Below are positions 21,183 through 34,406 of a DNA stretch of 64,000 nucleotides, in pieces. Where the stretch lies: contig CP136572.1 of assembly GCA_035193785.1 (NCBI GenBank), positions 3,412,578 through 3,476,577 of the forward strand, read 5' to 3'. The notes beneath the pieces are model-generated. The model was not told the origin of the DNA. It worked only from the letters and a program-made list of their open reading frames with translations, and ran no database searches. The DNA is from Planktothrix sp. GU0601_MAG3 (GTDB taxonomy: Bacteria > Cyanobacteriota > Cyanobacteriia > Cyanobacteriales > Microcoleaceae). The translations under genes and the position numbers were made by a program. Each line of letters opens with the position of its first letter. The stretch's first letter is position 1.

Positions 21183-24100
21183 ATGAAATTGCGAAAAAAA
21201 ACACTGATCATTATTGGTGCAGCCCTGATTGGGTTAATCGTGGCGATGTATGTTAGCGCCTCTATGCTGTTGGTGCATGATTTTAGTCAATTGGAAAGTC
21301 AGTATGTCCGTCAGGATATTATTCAGGCTTTAAATGCGATTAATGATGATTTAGAGAGTTTAGATTTAATTGCTCAGGATCAAGCGAAATGGGATGATAC
21401 CTATAGCTTTATTGACGCTCACAATTATCAATATATTGCCTCTAATTTAGTTGATACTACTTTTTCTGACCTGCGACTCAATTTATTGATTCTGATTAAT
21501 TCCCAAGGTGAAATTGTTTTTAGTAAAGGATTTGATTCCCAACGCCATCAGGAAACACCAATTCCCCCCAGTCTTTTCCCCCATCTTGCCTTAAATCGTC
21601 CCCTTTTAGCCAGTCTCAAACAACCCTATTTAACCCCCGTTGCCCTTCAAGGAATCATTGTTTTACCAGAAAATCCCTTACTGATTGTTTCACGACCGAT
21701 TTTGACCAGTTTCCGCATCGGGGCCAAGCCGAGGAATCTTGATTTTAGGACGTTATCTTGATACCTCAGAAATTCAAAGATTACGCGAAATTAGCCAACA
21801 GTCTTTGAGTTTGAATCCAATTGTTGAGGAAATAGCTGGTAGTCCGATTTTATTGTCTCCCCAACTTCAACCCTATACGGAAACAATTATTGATCCTAAA
21901 GCTATTCAGTTGCAATCTTTGAATGTAGAAACAGCGATCGCCTCCGCCACTATAGCAGATATTTATGGGGAACCCAAATTACTATTACAACTTCAAGTTC
22001 GTCGTCCGATTTATCAACAAGGTCAGACAACTTTAGCCTATTTCACCTTATTTTTATTAGGGGTTGGGTTGATTTTTGGAGGCATCACCCTACTATTGTT
22101 AGAAAAATTAGTGCTTTCTCGACTTACCCATCTGAATAATTCTGTGAATAAAATTAGGGAAACGGGAAATTTAAGTTTGAGAATTGAGGCGACGGGTAAG
22201 GATGAATTATCGAGTTTAGCCGAAGCAATTAATGGAATGTTGCAAGCCCTAGCAGATGCCCAAGTTCAAGGTCAAGAAAGTGAGCAACGCTATCGATTAA
22301 TGGCGGAAAATTCCACGGATATGATCACCCGTCATTCTTCCGAAGGCGTATTTTTATATGCCTCTCCCGCCTGTCGTAGTTTATTAGGATATGAACCAGA
22401 AGAATTAATCGGAAATAAATTACCCCGTTTCATCCATCCCGATGATTTAGATGTAATTATTAAAGCCTATAAAGTTATTTTACAACAAAATGTTGTCTAT
22501 ACTATTGAATATCGAATTTGTCACAAAAACGGCGATTATATTTGGTTTGAAACCACCAGTAGTTCCATCCGAGATGCTACCACTGGAAGTGTGTATGAAA
22601 TTATTGGGGTATCCCGGGATATTACGGAACGGAAACAACGGGAACAACAACTACAAGATAGTGAATCTTCCATTAGAAACCCTCTATCAAATTACCTCTG
22701 GTCAGGAATTTACCTTTGAAACTCGACTACAGGCAATTTTAGAATTAGGCTGTACTAAATTTGGTTTAGAATATGGGATTTTATCCCAGGTTAAAATTGA
22801 TCATGCCCTATCCAAAGAAGACGGTCAAGAAGAACATTATTCCTATAAAATTATAGCTGTAATTGCTCCTAATCAGTCGATTCAAAAGCAACAAATTTAT
22901 AAACTAGAAGATACCTTTTGTCAAGTTACAATTAACGCTAAACAACCCCTTTATTTTGAATCGATAAAATTTTCTGGTTTGCCCTTTTGTCCCGCCCATA
23001 GTATTTTCCCCATTGAGGCCTATATGGGAACTCCGGTGATTGTAGAGGGAGAGGTTTATGGAACCCTCTGTTTTTGGAGTTCTCAAGCCTTATCAGAGCC
23101 GTTTCAAGCCGTAGATCGAGATTTATTAAAATTAATGGCACAATGGATTGGCGGTGAAATTGAACGTCAAGAAACCGCTAGTGCTTTAGCCAAGGCACGG
23201 GATCAAGCCTTAGCAGCAACCCGGGCAAAAAGTGAATTTTTAGCTACTATGAGCCATGAAATTCGGACACCCATGAATGCGGTGATTGGGATGACGGGAT
23301 TATTGTTAGATACCGCCCTAACTCCCATGCAGCAGGATTTTGTGGAAACTATTCGCAGTAGCAGTGATGCGTTACTCTCTTTAATTAATGATATTTTAGA
23401 TTTTTCTAAAATTGAATCGGGAAAACTAGATTTAGAAAATCATCCCTTTTATTTAAGAACTTGTATTGAAGAATCCCTAGATTTATTGGTCACTAAAGCA
23501 GCTAGTAAAAACCTGGATTTGGCGTATTTAATTGATCCTTGTACCCCGACTCAAATTATTGGGGATATGGCGCGATTACGTCAAGTTTTAGTTAATCTTT
23601 TAAGTAATGCGGTGAAGTTTACTGACAATGGGGAAGTCGTTGTATCCGTTACCGCAGAAAAAATCAATGATTCTAATATTTATTCTGCTAAAATTCAGGA
23701 AAAACAACCCGGGAAAGAAGGTTCTATAAATCCTACACTATCCTGTTCTTTCTATAAAATTAAATTTGCTGTTCAAGATACGGGAATCGGGATTCCTGCT
23801 AATAGAATGGATCGACTTTTTAAGTCCTTTAGTCAGGTAGATTCTTCAATTAATCGTCAATATGGTGGTACGGGTTTAGGATTAGCGATTAGTAAACGAT
23901 TGGCGGAATTAATGGGCGGTCAAATGTGGGTAGAAAGTCAAGGATCGGTGGCCGGAGATCCGCCAGTGAATTTTAAAATTGAACAATCATTAGATTCCTT
24001 TTGTCTGTTAGATGAAGATGATCATAAAACTGAAAAAAACAACCTAAATCGTTGGGGTTTCAACCTTTTATTTTACCGTTGTTACCGAGTCCTGTTCTAA

Positions 24101-25407
24101 TTTATCTCCCGAATGGTCAACCCTGAATGAATTAGCTGGAAAACGCTTATTAATTGTCGATGATAATGCCAGTAGTAGACAAATGTTAAAGCTACAAACC
24201 CAAGCCTGGGGAATGTCAAGCCGAACCGTTAAAAATGGGGTTAAGGCCCTGGAATGGTTGCAGCGTAAACAATTTGATATTGCCATTATTGAGATGGAAA
24301 TGGCATTGATGGATGGGTTAACTTTAGCCAAACAAATTCGCCAATTACCGTCCTATCAAAAGTTACCCCTGATTTTATTAACATCCGTGGGGGGAGAAAA
24401 TTTAGGTAAATCTAAATCTATTGAGATCTCGGCTTGTTTAAATAAACCAATTAAACAATCCCAACTTTATAACGTTTTAATTAATATTTTAGGAAAGGAA
24501 CCTTTAGAAGTTCATGTCCAGAGTCAAACCTATTTACACAGTCGAAATCGCGTCACATTGCGATCATCCCAGGATATTCCTTTACTAGCTGAAAAATTAC
24601 CCCTGAGAATTTTATTAGCAGAAGATCATTTAGTTAATCAAAAAGTAGCATTACAAATTTTACAACGAATGGGATATCGGGCGGATGTGGCGGGGAATGG
24701 TTTTGAAGTCTTAGAAGCGTTGCGTCGTCAACCCTATGATGTGATTTTAATGGATATGCAAATGCCGGAAATGGATGGGTTAGAAGCGTCCCGTCAAATT
24801 CAAAAATTATATGGCAATTCTGAGAAATCCCAACCCATGCGACCGAGAATTATTGCGGTGACAGCAAATGCGATGGAAAGCGATCGCCATGAATGTATCA
24901 GTGCGGGTATGGATGACTATATTAGTAAGCCAATTCGCATAGAACAATTGATCAATGTTTTAAGTAAATGTCAGTCCCCCACCCAACCCCTACATTTAGA
25001 GACTGAAATCACCCCCTATCACTCCTTAAATCTAACTTTAAATCCATCGATTTTAGATGCTAAGGTTATACAAGGATTACGGGAGGTGGAAGCCATAGAA
25101 GAAGTAATTGAGATTTACTTTGATACCGCCCCGGAATTGTTGGAAAATATTGTCAAAGCCATTAATAAAAGCGACTCCAAGGCGTTACAACCAGCGGCCC
25201 ATTCTTTAAAGTCTATTAGTGGAAACCCTCGGTGCTTTTGGGTTATCAGAATACTGTCAAAAATTAGAAACCCTAGCCCGTCAATGTAATCAAACTCAAA
25301 ATCCCCTATCCCAATCGGAAACCGAAAAAATATATGCCCAAATTCAAACTGAATTTGAGCAAGTTAAAACCGCACTCCAACAGGAATTAAATTCCAGCAC
25401 CATCTAA
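21183..25407 (+). CDS. Hybrid sensor histidine kinase CHASE4-HAMP-PAS-GAF-HisKA-HATPase-REC-REC-Hpt (indels at 21709, 22676, 24057, 25222)
   Basis: WDDTY (CHASE4), KDELSSLA (HAMP), [40 protein letters not shown]; five ORFs join into about 1406 aa. Confidence 0.88.
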
Positions 25408-26202
25408 AAATTGTTGAATCGTTCTATCTTTTATACGACAATGATTAGCCGTGGAAACCGAGTATTCTTGACCATAATTGGTTGTTTGTTCCTGAACCGA
25501 TAACCTGTCAGGATTAGGACAGTATTCCAATTTTAGAGCCGCTTCTAGTTGATTTTGAGCGACGGAGGATTGTTGTTGCAGGGACTGTACCTGTTGTTCC
25601 AATAGTTCAATCCGATCTACTAACATCCGAATCACTTGCGCCTCTGAGTCGGGAAGACTACCATGTTCTAGGGGATCAATCCGCACCCCGGAGCGATAGA
25701 CAATCCGACCCGGAATCCCGACCACGGTACAATTAGCCGGAACATCCCGCAGTACCACCGATCCGGCCCCAATCCGAACATTCTCACCCAATTGAATATT
25801 ACCTAAAACCTTGGCTCCGGCACCGACCACCACATTTTCCCCCAGGGTAGGATGGCGTTTGCCGCTTTCTTTCCCGGTGCCTCCCAGGGTGACGCCTTGA
25901 TAAATTAGGCAAAAATCCCCTAAAATAGCCGTTTCACCAATCACAACTCCCATACCATGATCGATGAATACGCCCTTGCCAATCACCGCCCCAGGATGAA
26001 TTTCTATTCCCGTCAGAAACCGAGCCAGATGGGAAATCAGGCGGGGGATAAAGGGAAGCCCCAAGCCATATAACCTATGTGCCAGGCGGTGGAATAATAG
26101 AGCCTGAAAACCAGGATAGCAGAATAGGACTTCTAACCAGTTGCGAGCGGCAGGATCACGCTCAAAGATAATGCGGAAGTCGTGTTGAAGGGTCTTGAGC
26201 AT
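25387..26202 (-). CDS. cysE: Serine O-acetyltransferase
   Basis: [34 protein letters not shown]. Confidence 0.95.
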   Translation of the reverse strand: MLKTLQHDFRIIFERDPAARNWLEVLFCYPGFQALLFHRLAHRLYGLGLPFIPRLISHLARFLTGIEIHPGAVIGKGVFIDHGMGVVIGETAILGDFCLIYQGVTLGGTGKESGKRHPTLGENVVVGAGAKVLGNIQLGENVRIGAGSVVLRDVPANCTVVGIPGRIVYRSGVRIDPLEHGSLPDSEAQVIRMLVDRIELLEQQVQSLQQQSSVAQNQLEAALKLEYCPNPDRLSVQEQTTNYGQEYSVSTANHCRIKDRTIQQFLDGAGI

Positions 26203-26555
26203 TGATTAATAACCCGTTGTTGTTATACAGACCACTATTCCTATTTTAGAGGATGAAGGCATTTTGAACGGATGTACAATAGATTCTTTTCCGGTTCGGG
26301 TTTCCGAATCAACCCTTAAAAGATAAGTTTTTCTAATTATTATGCTGTTAATATCCGCTTGCTTAATTATGTTTTTGGCAGGGCTGGTGATGGAGGAGGG
26401 AATTTTCTCGATCATTGATCTGATTACAGGACTACACTTACCCAATTCGCTCGGTTTAGTCGTACTATTAGTCCTACTCTCTTGGTGCTTGGAAGATTAA
26501 ACTGGGGTTGACGGTTAACCCACAACAAAAATCTATATTTAAAATCTGGGGAATT

Positions 26556-28347
26556 ATGGAAACTAATTATTCTTGGAGTCGGAATCTGGATGCTCGTCAA
26601 ACGGAAATCTCCTTGCGAGCCAATCAAAAACGAGAAATTCGTCCTCTCTATCGTGCGGTTTTTTTAATGTTACTTACCACCCTAGCCATGGGTGTGCATT
26701 CTTTTCGGTTGGTGCAACTGCAACTGATAGATGGTCAGAAGAACCGACAACGGGCTGACGAGAACCGAATTCGCCTGATTCCAATTCCCTCGAATCGGGG
26801 TTATATTTTAGATCGCCATGATAAACAATTAGCCGCCAATCGTATCACCCGGGCTTTATATGCTTGGCCGAAGGAAAACACCGCCGAGGAATGGGAAAAA
26901 ATTGCTCAAACCCTCAGTCCAGTGATTGGTATAACTCCCGAACGAATTTTAGCCCCGATTAAAAAAGCTGGATATCAATCCGCAGCCTCCGTCAGAATTA
27001 GTCAGTTTTTGACCCCCCAAGCTTTTATTTGGTTGGGAGAAAAATCCTTACCCGGCGTGGAAGTCAGAAGCGAATCTAACCGTTATTACCCCGAAGGAAA
27101 CTTAGCTTCACAGATCCTTGGCTATATTGGTGAAGCCACCGCCGAGGATTTGAAAAAACACCCCCAATGGCCGATGGGTATGATTGTGGGACAGTTGGGT
27201 ATTGAAGCCCAAGCCAATCAGAAACTCTCCGGGGTCTGGGGTTTCTCGCTTGATTGAAGTTAACAGCATGAACCAGGAATTACGGGAATTGGGCGATAAC
27301 GAATCTAAAGGGGGAGAAAATGTGAGATTAACCCTCGATTTAGATTTACAAAAAACCGCCGAAGCAGCCCTGGGAGATCGTCGGGGGGCGGCGGTAGCCT
27401 TAAATGCCAAAACCGGGGAAATTTTGGTCATGGCTAGTAGTCCCCGATTTGATCCGAATATGTTTACTAAACCCATTAGCCAAAAAGAATGGGAAGAACT
27501 CCAAAATGGAGATGATCCGTTTTTAAATCGCGCTTTGCAAGGGTATCCACCGGGGAGTACCTTCAAAATTGTCTCCTCAGCCGCTGGTATGGGTTCGGGT
27601 AAATTTAGTCCCGACTCGATGATCGGGACTTATGGTTCGATTACGGTGGGGGGAATTACCTTTAATGAGCATAGTGGGGGTTATGGGGTGATTGGTTTTA
27701 GGGATGCCCTCGCCTTTAGTAGTAATACGTTCTATTATCAATTGGGGATGGCTGTCGGCCCGGAGGCAATCGCCGAATGGGGTAAGCGTTTAGGGATTGG
27801 GAATAATAGTTTAAAACTGTTAGGGTTGCAGGAAGGCTCGGAAGGATTTATCCCCACTCCCGAAGATAAGGAAAAAACCTATGGGGAACCTTGGTATTTG
27901 GGGGATACGGTCACTATGTCCATTGGTCAAGGAGCCGTATTAGCAACGCCCTTGGAGTTGGCTATTATGGTGGCTGCGATCGCCAATGGGGGATATCGGG
28001 TAAAACCCCATCTTTTGATGGATTTGACCCAAACCCCCGAAGCTAAACCCGAACGAACAGGCATGAAACCCGAAGCGGTTCAAGTTATTAAAGATGGACT
28101 GGTCTCTGTGGTTCAATATGGCACAGCCCAAGGAATGAATGATGGTTCGATTCCTTTAACGGGAGGGAAAACCGGAACCTCAGAAGTATTAGGCCAAACC
28201 TCCCACTCTCTCTATGTGGCTTTTGGCCCAGCCCAAAATCCTGAAATTGCGATCGCGGTGGTGGTGGAAAATGGCGGTTATGGTTCTAAATCCGCCGCCC
28301 CAATTGCTAAGGCAATATTTCAGACTTATTTTTCTAAAAAAAAGTAA
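26556..28347 (+). CDS. mrdA: Penicillin-binding protein 2 (+1 indel at 27241)
   Basis: RGYILDR, YPPGSTFK (SxxK), SSN, GKTGT. Confidence 0.92.
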
Positions 28348-28395
28348 ATCTTCTGGGGTCGTAGGGGTAATTTATGAATTGCCCCTGGGTGGTTT

Positions 28396-29398
28396 CTAGG
28401 CTAGGGTTAACACCAATTTACCTTTCATGCCTCCGGCTTCTAATAGTTTATGGGCTTCCGAGGCTGACGCCAAGGGAAAGGTTTGATTGACTAATATTTT
28501 TAATTTCCCTTCATCAATTAATCGAGCGCATTGTTGCAGAATTTTAGTTTGATCTAATTGATCATGAATTCGAGCTTGTAACATGGGAGTTAACATTAAC
28601 TCTAAACTAATTCGTAAATTTCTTAATCGAGCCTCTTTTAAATTTCCTAATTTGGGATCGGGTTCTAAAATAGTTACCAAATCCCCATAATTTTTAACCG
28701 CAAAAACCGTTTGATAAAACACCTCATCGCCAATGGTATCAAAGGCTAAATCAACTCCTTCTCCCCCCGTCCATTCTAATATTCGATCAACAAAATTAGT
28801 CTCTTTATAATTAATTACTAAATCCGCCCCTAACTCCTGCACCAAGGCCGCGGCATCGGCGGAGCTAACGGTGGTGGCAACTTCTGCCCCTTGTAATAGG
28901 GCTAACTGAATCGCCACATGACCCACACCACCCGCACCACCATGAATTAATACCTTTTGTCCCGGTTGTAATCGTCCCCGATCATACAATGCTTCCCAGG
29001 CGGTAATTAAAACTAAGGGAGCCGCCGCCGCTTCCACAAAACTCAAACTTTGGGGTTTCAAACTGGCAAATTTTTCATCAACAACAATTAATTCCGCATA
29101 ATTGCCCGATTCCGCACCCAATCCCCCCTGACAAAAATAAACCGCATCTCCGACTTGAAATTTTTTGACTTGGGCACCGACTTTTTCGACAACTCCCGCC
29201 CCATCACAACCCAAAATAGCGGGCATTTGAGCGGGATAAAAAGTGCCTCGACTGCGTAATTTAGTATCAATGGGATTAATTCCCGCCGCCTTTAAACGGA
29301 CTAGAATTTCAGTGTCGGATTTAATTTGAGGATCGGGTATTTCTTGAAGTTGTAAAACATCGGGTTTCCCCAACCCCTGTCATCAGGACTGCTTTCAT
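28396..29398 (-). CDS. MDR-family NADPH:quinone oxidoreductase / zinc-binding dehydrogenase (+1 indel at 29364)
   Basis: MKAVLM...GINPIDTK, LGCDGAGVV, VLIHGGAGGVG. Confidence 0.88.
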
Positions 29399-29418
29399 AA
29401 TTTACCAGTGATTAAGTT

Positions 29419-29470
29419 TTGTTGTTGGGCTTGATCCCAAGAATTAAAGGGCACCCATCCCAACAACAAA
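29419..29470. repeat. Stem-loop GTTGTTGGG...CCCAACAAC (dispersed repeat, possible terminator)
   Basis: Inverted ends; a related copy lies at 54921-54969. Confidence 0.6.
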
Positions 29471-29471
29471 T

Positions 29472-30737
29472 TTACATTGTCAATGATTGAACATTGGTTT
29501 CAATCAATTTAGCTAAACTTTGTAGGAATGTCGCCGCATCCGCCCCATAAATAATCCGGTGATCACAGGTAATATTTACTTGCATTTGGCGTTTAACCGC
29601 CATCGAACCATCGGCGGCCACCACTAATTGGGGACGGGACGCACCGATAGCTAAAATTGAACCTTGACCCGGAGGTAAAATGGCGTCAAACTTATCAACC
29701 CCAAACATTCCCAAATTCGAGAGGGTGAAAGTTCCACTGCTATATTCATCGGGTTGTAACTGTTTAGCCCTAGAGCGTTCGACTAAATCTTTCCAAGTCC
29801 GAGACAGGGAATAAAGATCAATTTGATCGGCATTTTTTAATACCGGAGTAATTAAACCGCCATCGGGCATGGCCACGGCGATCGCAATATTAATTCCCGC
29901 CCGATATTGAATCCCATTTTCTACATAACTGGCATTCAAGATCGGATGTTTTTGTAAGGTCACCGCCACCGCTTTAGCTAAAAGGGCGGTCATGGTGACA
30001 CCTTTGGATTTCAGTTGTTTATAAAGCTGATCCAACCCATCCGTAGTAATCGTATATCCCACTCGGAATACCGGAACCGATAAACTCGCCGTCATATTTC
30101 TGACCACGGCGTTTTGGAGGGTATTCATTGGGGCAACTTGACCCAAGGGTACGGTTACTGGGGGTGGGGCTGCCACGGGCTTACTCACAGCCGGGACTGG
30201 GATTTGGGAGGGAGTCTGAACCGTAGCCGGACGTCCAGAGGCTGTTTCCACATCTTCCGCAATGATCCGACCATTTGGCCCACTTCCCGTTAAGATGGCT
30301 AAATCTAAATTCAGTTCCTTGGCCAATTTGCGGGCGCGAGGAGAGGCGATAATCCGGCCATTTTTAGGGGGAGTCGGGGTGGCTGCTAAAACCGTTGTCG
30401 TCGCCACCGGAATAGCTGCCACGGCTGGGGCTACGGCTGCGGGGGTGGCGGTTGTAGCCGCGGCGGCTTTTTGTTTCGCCTGTTCAATTTCCCCTGGAGT
30501 TTCCGCGATTAAGGCAATGGTATTTCCCACGGGGGCTGCTTCTCCAGCCGGAGTAATAATTGTGGCTAGATACCCTTCATAGAAAGATTCCACATCCATA
30601 TCCGCCTTATCCGACTCAACGATCAAAACCGTTTCGCCCTTTTCGATTCTATCGCCGGGGGATTTTTGCCAGGAAACGATTTTACCCTCGGTCATGGTGG
30701 AACTCAGGGCAGGCATAAAAACTTCATGAATGGCCAT
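29472..30737 (-). CDS. pdhC: Pyruvate dehydrogenase E2 dihydrolipoamide acetyltransferase
   Basis: Lipoyl VESDKADM, ASPRARKLA, TCDHRIIYGA. Confidence 0.95.
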   Translation of the reverse strand: MAIHEVFMPALSSTMTEGKIVSWQKSPGDRIEKGETVLIVESDKADMDVESFYEGYLATIITPAGEAAPVGNTIALIAETPGEIEQAKQKAAAATTATPAAVAPAVAAIPVATTTVLAATPTPPKNGRIIASPRARKLAKELNLDLAILTGSGPNGRIIAEDVETASGRPATVQTPSQIPVPAVSKPVAAPPPVTVPLGQVAPMNTLQNAVVRNMTASLSVPVFRVGYTITTDGLDQLYKQLKSKGVTMTALLAKAVAVTLQKHPILNASYVENGIQYRAGINIAIAVAMPDGGLITPVLKNADQIDLYSLSRTWKDLVERSRAKQLQPDEYSSGTFTLSNLGMFGVDKFDAILPPGQGSILAIGASRPQLVVAADGSMAVKRQMQVNITCDHRIIYGADAATFLQSLAKLIETNVQSLTM

Positions 30738-30827
30738 AAGCGTTAAAAGAAATAGAGTTCAAATGTTATCAATAGGGGTTGAGTGTTGACTGTCAACGGT
30801 GAACAGAAGACCGTTAACCGAAACCCT

Positions 30828-31278
30828 TTAAATATCGCCGCTAATTTTTTCGATTACACCATCTCGCAAAAGAATTTCCACCTGCATTTTGGTAATCAAA
30901 TTGTCGCCTTCTGCCACAGTAAAAAGACCTTCAATTTGTCCTTGAACAACTTCTTGTTCCAGTTTCTAGGGTTTGCACCTGTTGGAGTTGTTGCAAGTTT
31001 TGATTTTTCTGCTCTAAGAGTTGACTTTTTCGTTCATTCACCTCAACCTGGATACTATCTATTTTTTGCATCGCATCCGGGCCAAGGGGTTGCAGGTTTT
31101 GGCGTTTAATTTCCGCCACCATCCGTTGTCCTTGCATTTCTAACTGTTGCAACTGACTATCAATTTGATTAATTTGGACTTGAAGCTGCTGTTGGGCTTC
31201 GTCTTTCCAACGGCTTGTGACCACCGCCTTCACATTAATCGGTCGTTTCAACAGTAATTGTTTGGGTTCTTCTTCCAT
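30828..31278 (-). CDS. YlqD family protein (+1 indel at 30962)
   Basis: LLLKRPINVKAVVT.RWK...LELEQEVVQGQIE...MQVEILLRDGVI. Confidence 0.8.
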
Positions 31279-31443
31279 AGGTGGTTATGTGGTTTCCGTT
31301 ATCAGTTTGCCGTCACCCGCGCAACGTAGGGGTAACGCAAACGTCACCCTTACACAATCACAAAGAGGTTTAGAAAGGTAATCACCCCTGGTGAGTTACC
31401 TATTTCGATTCACTTTTGCATAGGGAGCAGGAACGCTCAAGAG

Positions 31444-33397
31444 TTAGCGGGTGACGGTTTCATACATTTTGTTAATCATATCGCGGTAATGTTCCATTAC
31501 AACGGGGCGTTTGACCTTCAAGGTTTGGGTTAACATTCCATTTTCCATAGAAAAGGGTTCTGTGAGTAACTGGAACGGGCCAATGCGATCATCAATGCGA
31601 TAACTCGGACGGTTTTTCACTTCCCGGTTGAGTTCTTCCCGGAACAGGTTTTGCACCACGGGACTATCTAAGGTGATTTCCTGAGTTTGGGTAATGGGTT
31701 CTTCCGGCGATTTGAAGGTCAGATTTTGTCGAATTGCCCACTGTTTTAAAGCATCTAAATTTGGAACAATTAACGCTCCTAAATTTTTTTGATCCTGACC
31801 CACTAAAATGATTTGATCAATATAGGGACTGCGTAAACAGGCATCTTCTATGGCTTGGGGTTCGATATTTTCGCCATTGGTTAAAACAATAGTATCTTTG
31901 GCTCGACCAGTTAATACTAAGTCATTTTGCGGGGATAACCAACCCAAATCTCCGGTATCAAACCAGCCTTCGGGATCAATGGCTTTGGCCGTCGCTGGGG
32001 AATTTTCAAAATACCCGGTCATTACCTGGGGCCCCCGGGCTAAAACCAACCCGGTCTGACCACAGGGCAGAATTTTACGGGTTTCGGGGTCAACAATACA
32101 GATTTCGGTTTTCGGGATGGGTTTTCCCGATGATCCGCGTAAATTATGCCCTGCTCGACGGGCACTTAATACGGGGGAAGTCTCGGTTAAACCATATCCG
32201 ACTAATAGGTTGATACCGATGATTTCATAGAAATCCTCTAGGTACATGGCTAAGGAGCCACCCCCACTAATGGCAAATTTGAGTTGTCCTCCGGTGGCTT
32301 CTCGCACTTTTTGATAGACTAAGCGATCGCCGATCATTTGAAAGGGAGCGTATACCCAAGTTTTTAACTGGGCGAGAAGTTTTTCCCCCGCAGAAACGGG
32401 CTGTAAATCTAAAGTTAATCCCTGGGTAACCCGACGGGCAAGAATGTATTTTTCACTGAGGGAAAAGAAAAAATCAACAATTTTTTGTTTTAGGGCAGAC
32501 TGTTCTCGAAATTGCTTTTGTGCGCTCTCATGAATAGCTTCCCAAATTCGAGGCACACTAATCATGTAATGGGGTTTAAACTCCTTTAAATCCTGCTTAA
32601 AGTAGCGAATATTGGTATAAACAACCGTACAGCCTTGGGATAAACAAAAATATTGTCCGGTGCGTCCGAAGGTATGCCAAGTGGGAAGAATACTGAGAAA
32701 TATTTCTCCGGGTTCGGGTTGAATCACATCGGGAATGGCATTAATTTGATGTAATAGGTTTTCATGGGTTAACATTACTCCCTTCGGTTGTCCGGTCGTT
32801 CCCGAAGTATAGAGAAGGGTAGCTAGGGTTTTTTGGCGGGATTTAGAAGGTTTGAGAATTGTCTTTTTTCCGGTTTCGATTAATTGATTAAAATTCAATA
32901 CCGGAATAGTTGGTAAATCTCGGGTATTTGGCATTTCATCCGACAATAAAATCACAAATTGAATCGGTAAATCTTCAATTTGCGATCGCAATTTTTTTAA
33001 TAGGGAAAAGTTTTCAACAACCAGGGCGGTACTGCCACTATCTTTGAGAATATAAGCTAATTCTAAGGGGTCAGCCGTGGCTCCGCGCACCACATCGGCG
33101 GCTCCGGCGGTTAAGATTCCTTGATCAGCAATCAGCCAACGGGGGCTATCATCAGAAAACAGAGCAATGCGTGGCGGTAGACCATTGATGGTGGATTCTA
33201 TGCCTAAGTTTTGTAACCCCTTGGCAAATTGTTGAATTTTTTCCCACAGTTGGGAATAGCTCAAACGGAGTCCGGGTTTCCCGTGGGGTTCATCTAAAGC
33301 GATAATTTGACCAACATTTTGATCCAAAATTGGCCAGATTTCAGAAATAGATTGCACAGAAGAATAGAGGGAAACGCCAGTGAGTTGAGTGAATCAT
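31444..33397 (-). CDS. aas: Long-chain acyl-ACP/CoA synthetase (+1 indel at 33371)
   Basis: YTSGTTGQPKG, GYGLTETSP, WFDTGDLG, GENIEP. Confidence 0.85.
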
Positions 33398-33429
33398 AAA
33401 AACCTCGGGGAAAGAAAAGGGTCAACCAA

Positions 33430-34395
33430 TCAATGCAAGTTGCTGATGTATTTAGTATGTTTATGTTCATACATCAGTTTATCAGCTTTGGCTATCCATT
33501 CTTCCAGAGAACAATTATTATTGACATCGCATGGTTGTATACCAATACTAATAGAAACTTTATAGACTCGATGGGAGTTTTGATTGAAAAAATCAATATT
33601 AGTTTGTAATCGAGTTTTAAAATCCTGGGGATGGGTTTCTTCACCCAAAAGAAATAGGGTAAATTCATCACCTCCAAATCGAGCTAAAATATCAGCATCC
33701 CGGAAAGTTTGCCTCAAAATTTGAGCCGCATCAACAATTGTCCGATCTCCTAATTCGTGGCCGTGGGTATCATTAATAATTTTTAACCCATCTAAATCAG
33801 CAAAGATCAAAGAGCAATTAGTATTTGTCCGTTGTGCTATTTTTAATTGTTGTTGGGCGAGTAAGAAAAAGCCCCTCCGATTATAAAGTCCCGTTAGTTC
33901 ATCGGTTAGAGATAGCTGTCTAACTTCGGCTTCGGCTTTCAAACGTTCTTGAATTTCTAGCTCTAACCGTTGATTTTGCTCAATTAATTGTTGATGTTGT
34001 TGTTGAATTAATAATTGATTTTTCACCCGCACTAAAACTTCCTGTTCTTGAAAAGGTTTTGTAATATAATCCACCCCGCCCAACTCAAAGGCTCTGACTT
34101 TATCTTCAAGTGTTTCCAAAGCACTAACAAAGATCACCGGAATCTGGGCTGTTATTTCTGAGTTTTTTAGATTTTGACACATTTCATAACCGTTCATATC
34201 TGGCATATTAATATCCAGTAGAATCAGATGGGGCGGATGACGCTGCACCCCTTGGAGTGCCATTCTACCATTGAGAGATTTACGAACAATATAACCCTGG
34301 GATTCTAAAATTTTAGTTAACAATCGTAAATTATCAGGCGTATCATCCACAATCAAAATAGTTGTTTTAGTGGCATTTTTAAGTGGAGTTGTCAT
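33430..34395 (-). CDS. REC-GGDEF response-regulator diguanylate cyclase
   Basis: ILIVDD...LLDINMP; DELTGLYNRR, DLDGLK..ND..GH..GD, ARFGGDEF. Confidence 0.92.
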   Translation of the reverse strand: MTTPLKNATKTTILIVDDTPDNLRLLTKILESQGYIVRKSLNGRMALQGVQRHPPHLILLDINMPDMNGYEMCQNLKNSEITAQIPVIFVSALETLEDKVRAFELGGVDYITKPFQEQEVLVRVKNQLLIQQQHQQLIEQNQRLELEIQERLKAEAEVRQLSLTDELTGLYNRRGFFLLAQQQLKIAQRTNTNCSLIFADLDGLKIINDTHGHELGDRTIVDAAQILRQTFRDADILARFGGDEFTLFLLGEETHPQDFKTRLQTNIDFFNQNSHRVYKVSISIGIQPCDVNNNCSLEEWIAKADKLMYEHKHTKYISNLH

Positions 34396-34406
34396 AATTT
34401 TTCCCC

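Noticed and set aside
25387..26202. cysE as a dedicated sulfur supply for the Dnd system
   Set aside because: Ordinary housekeeping context with no linkage
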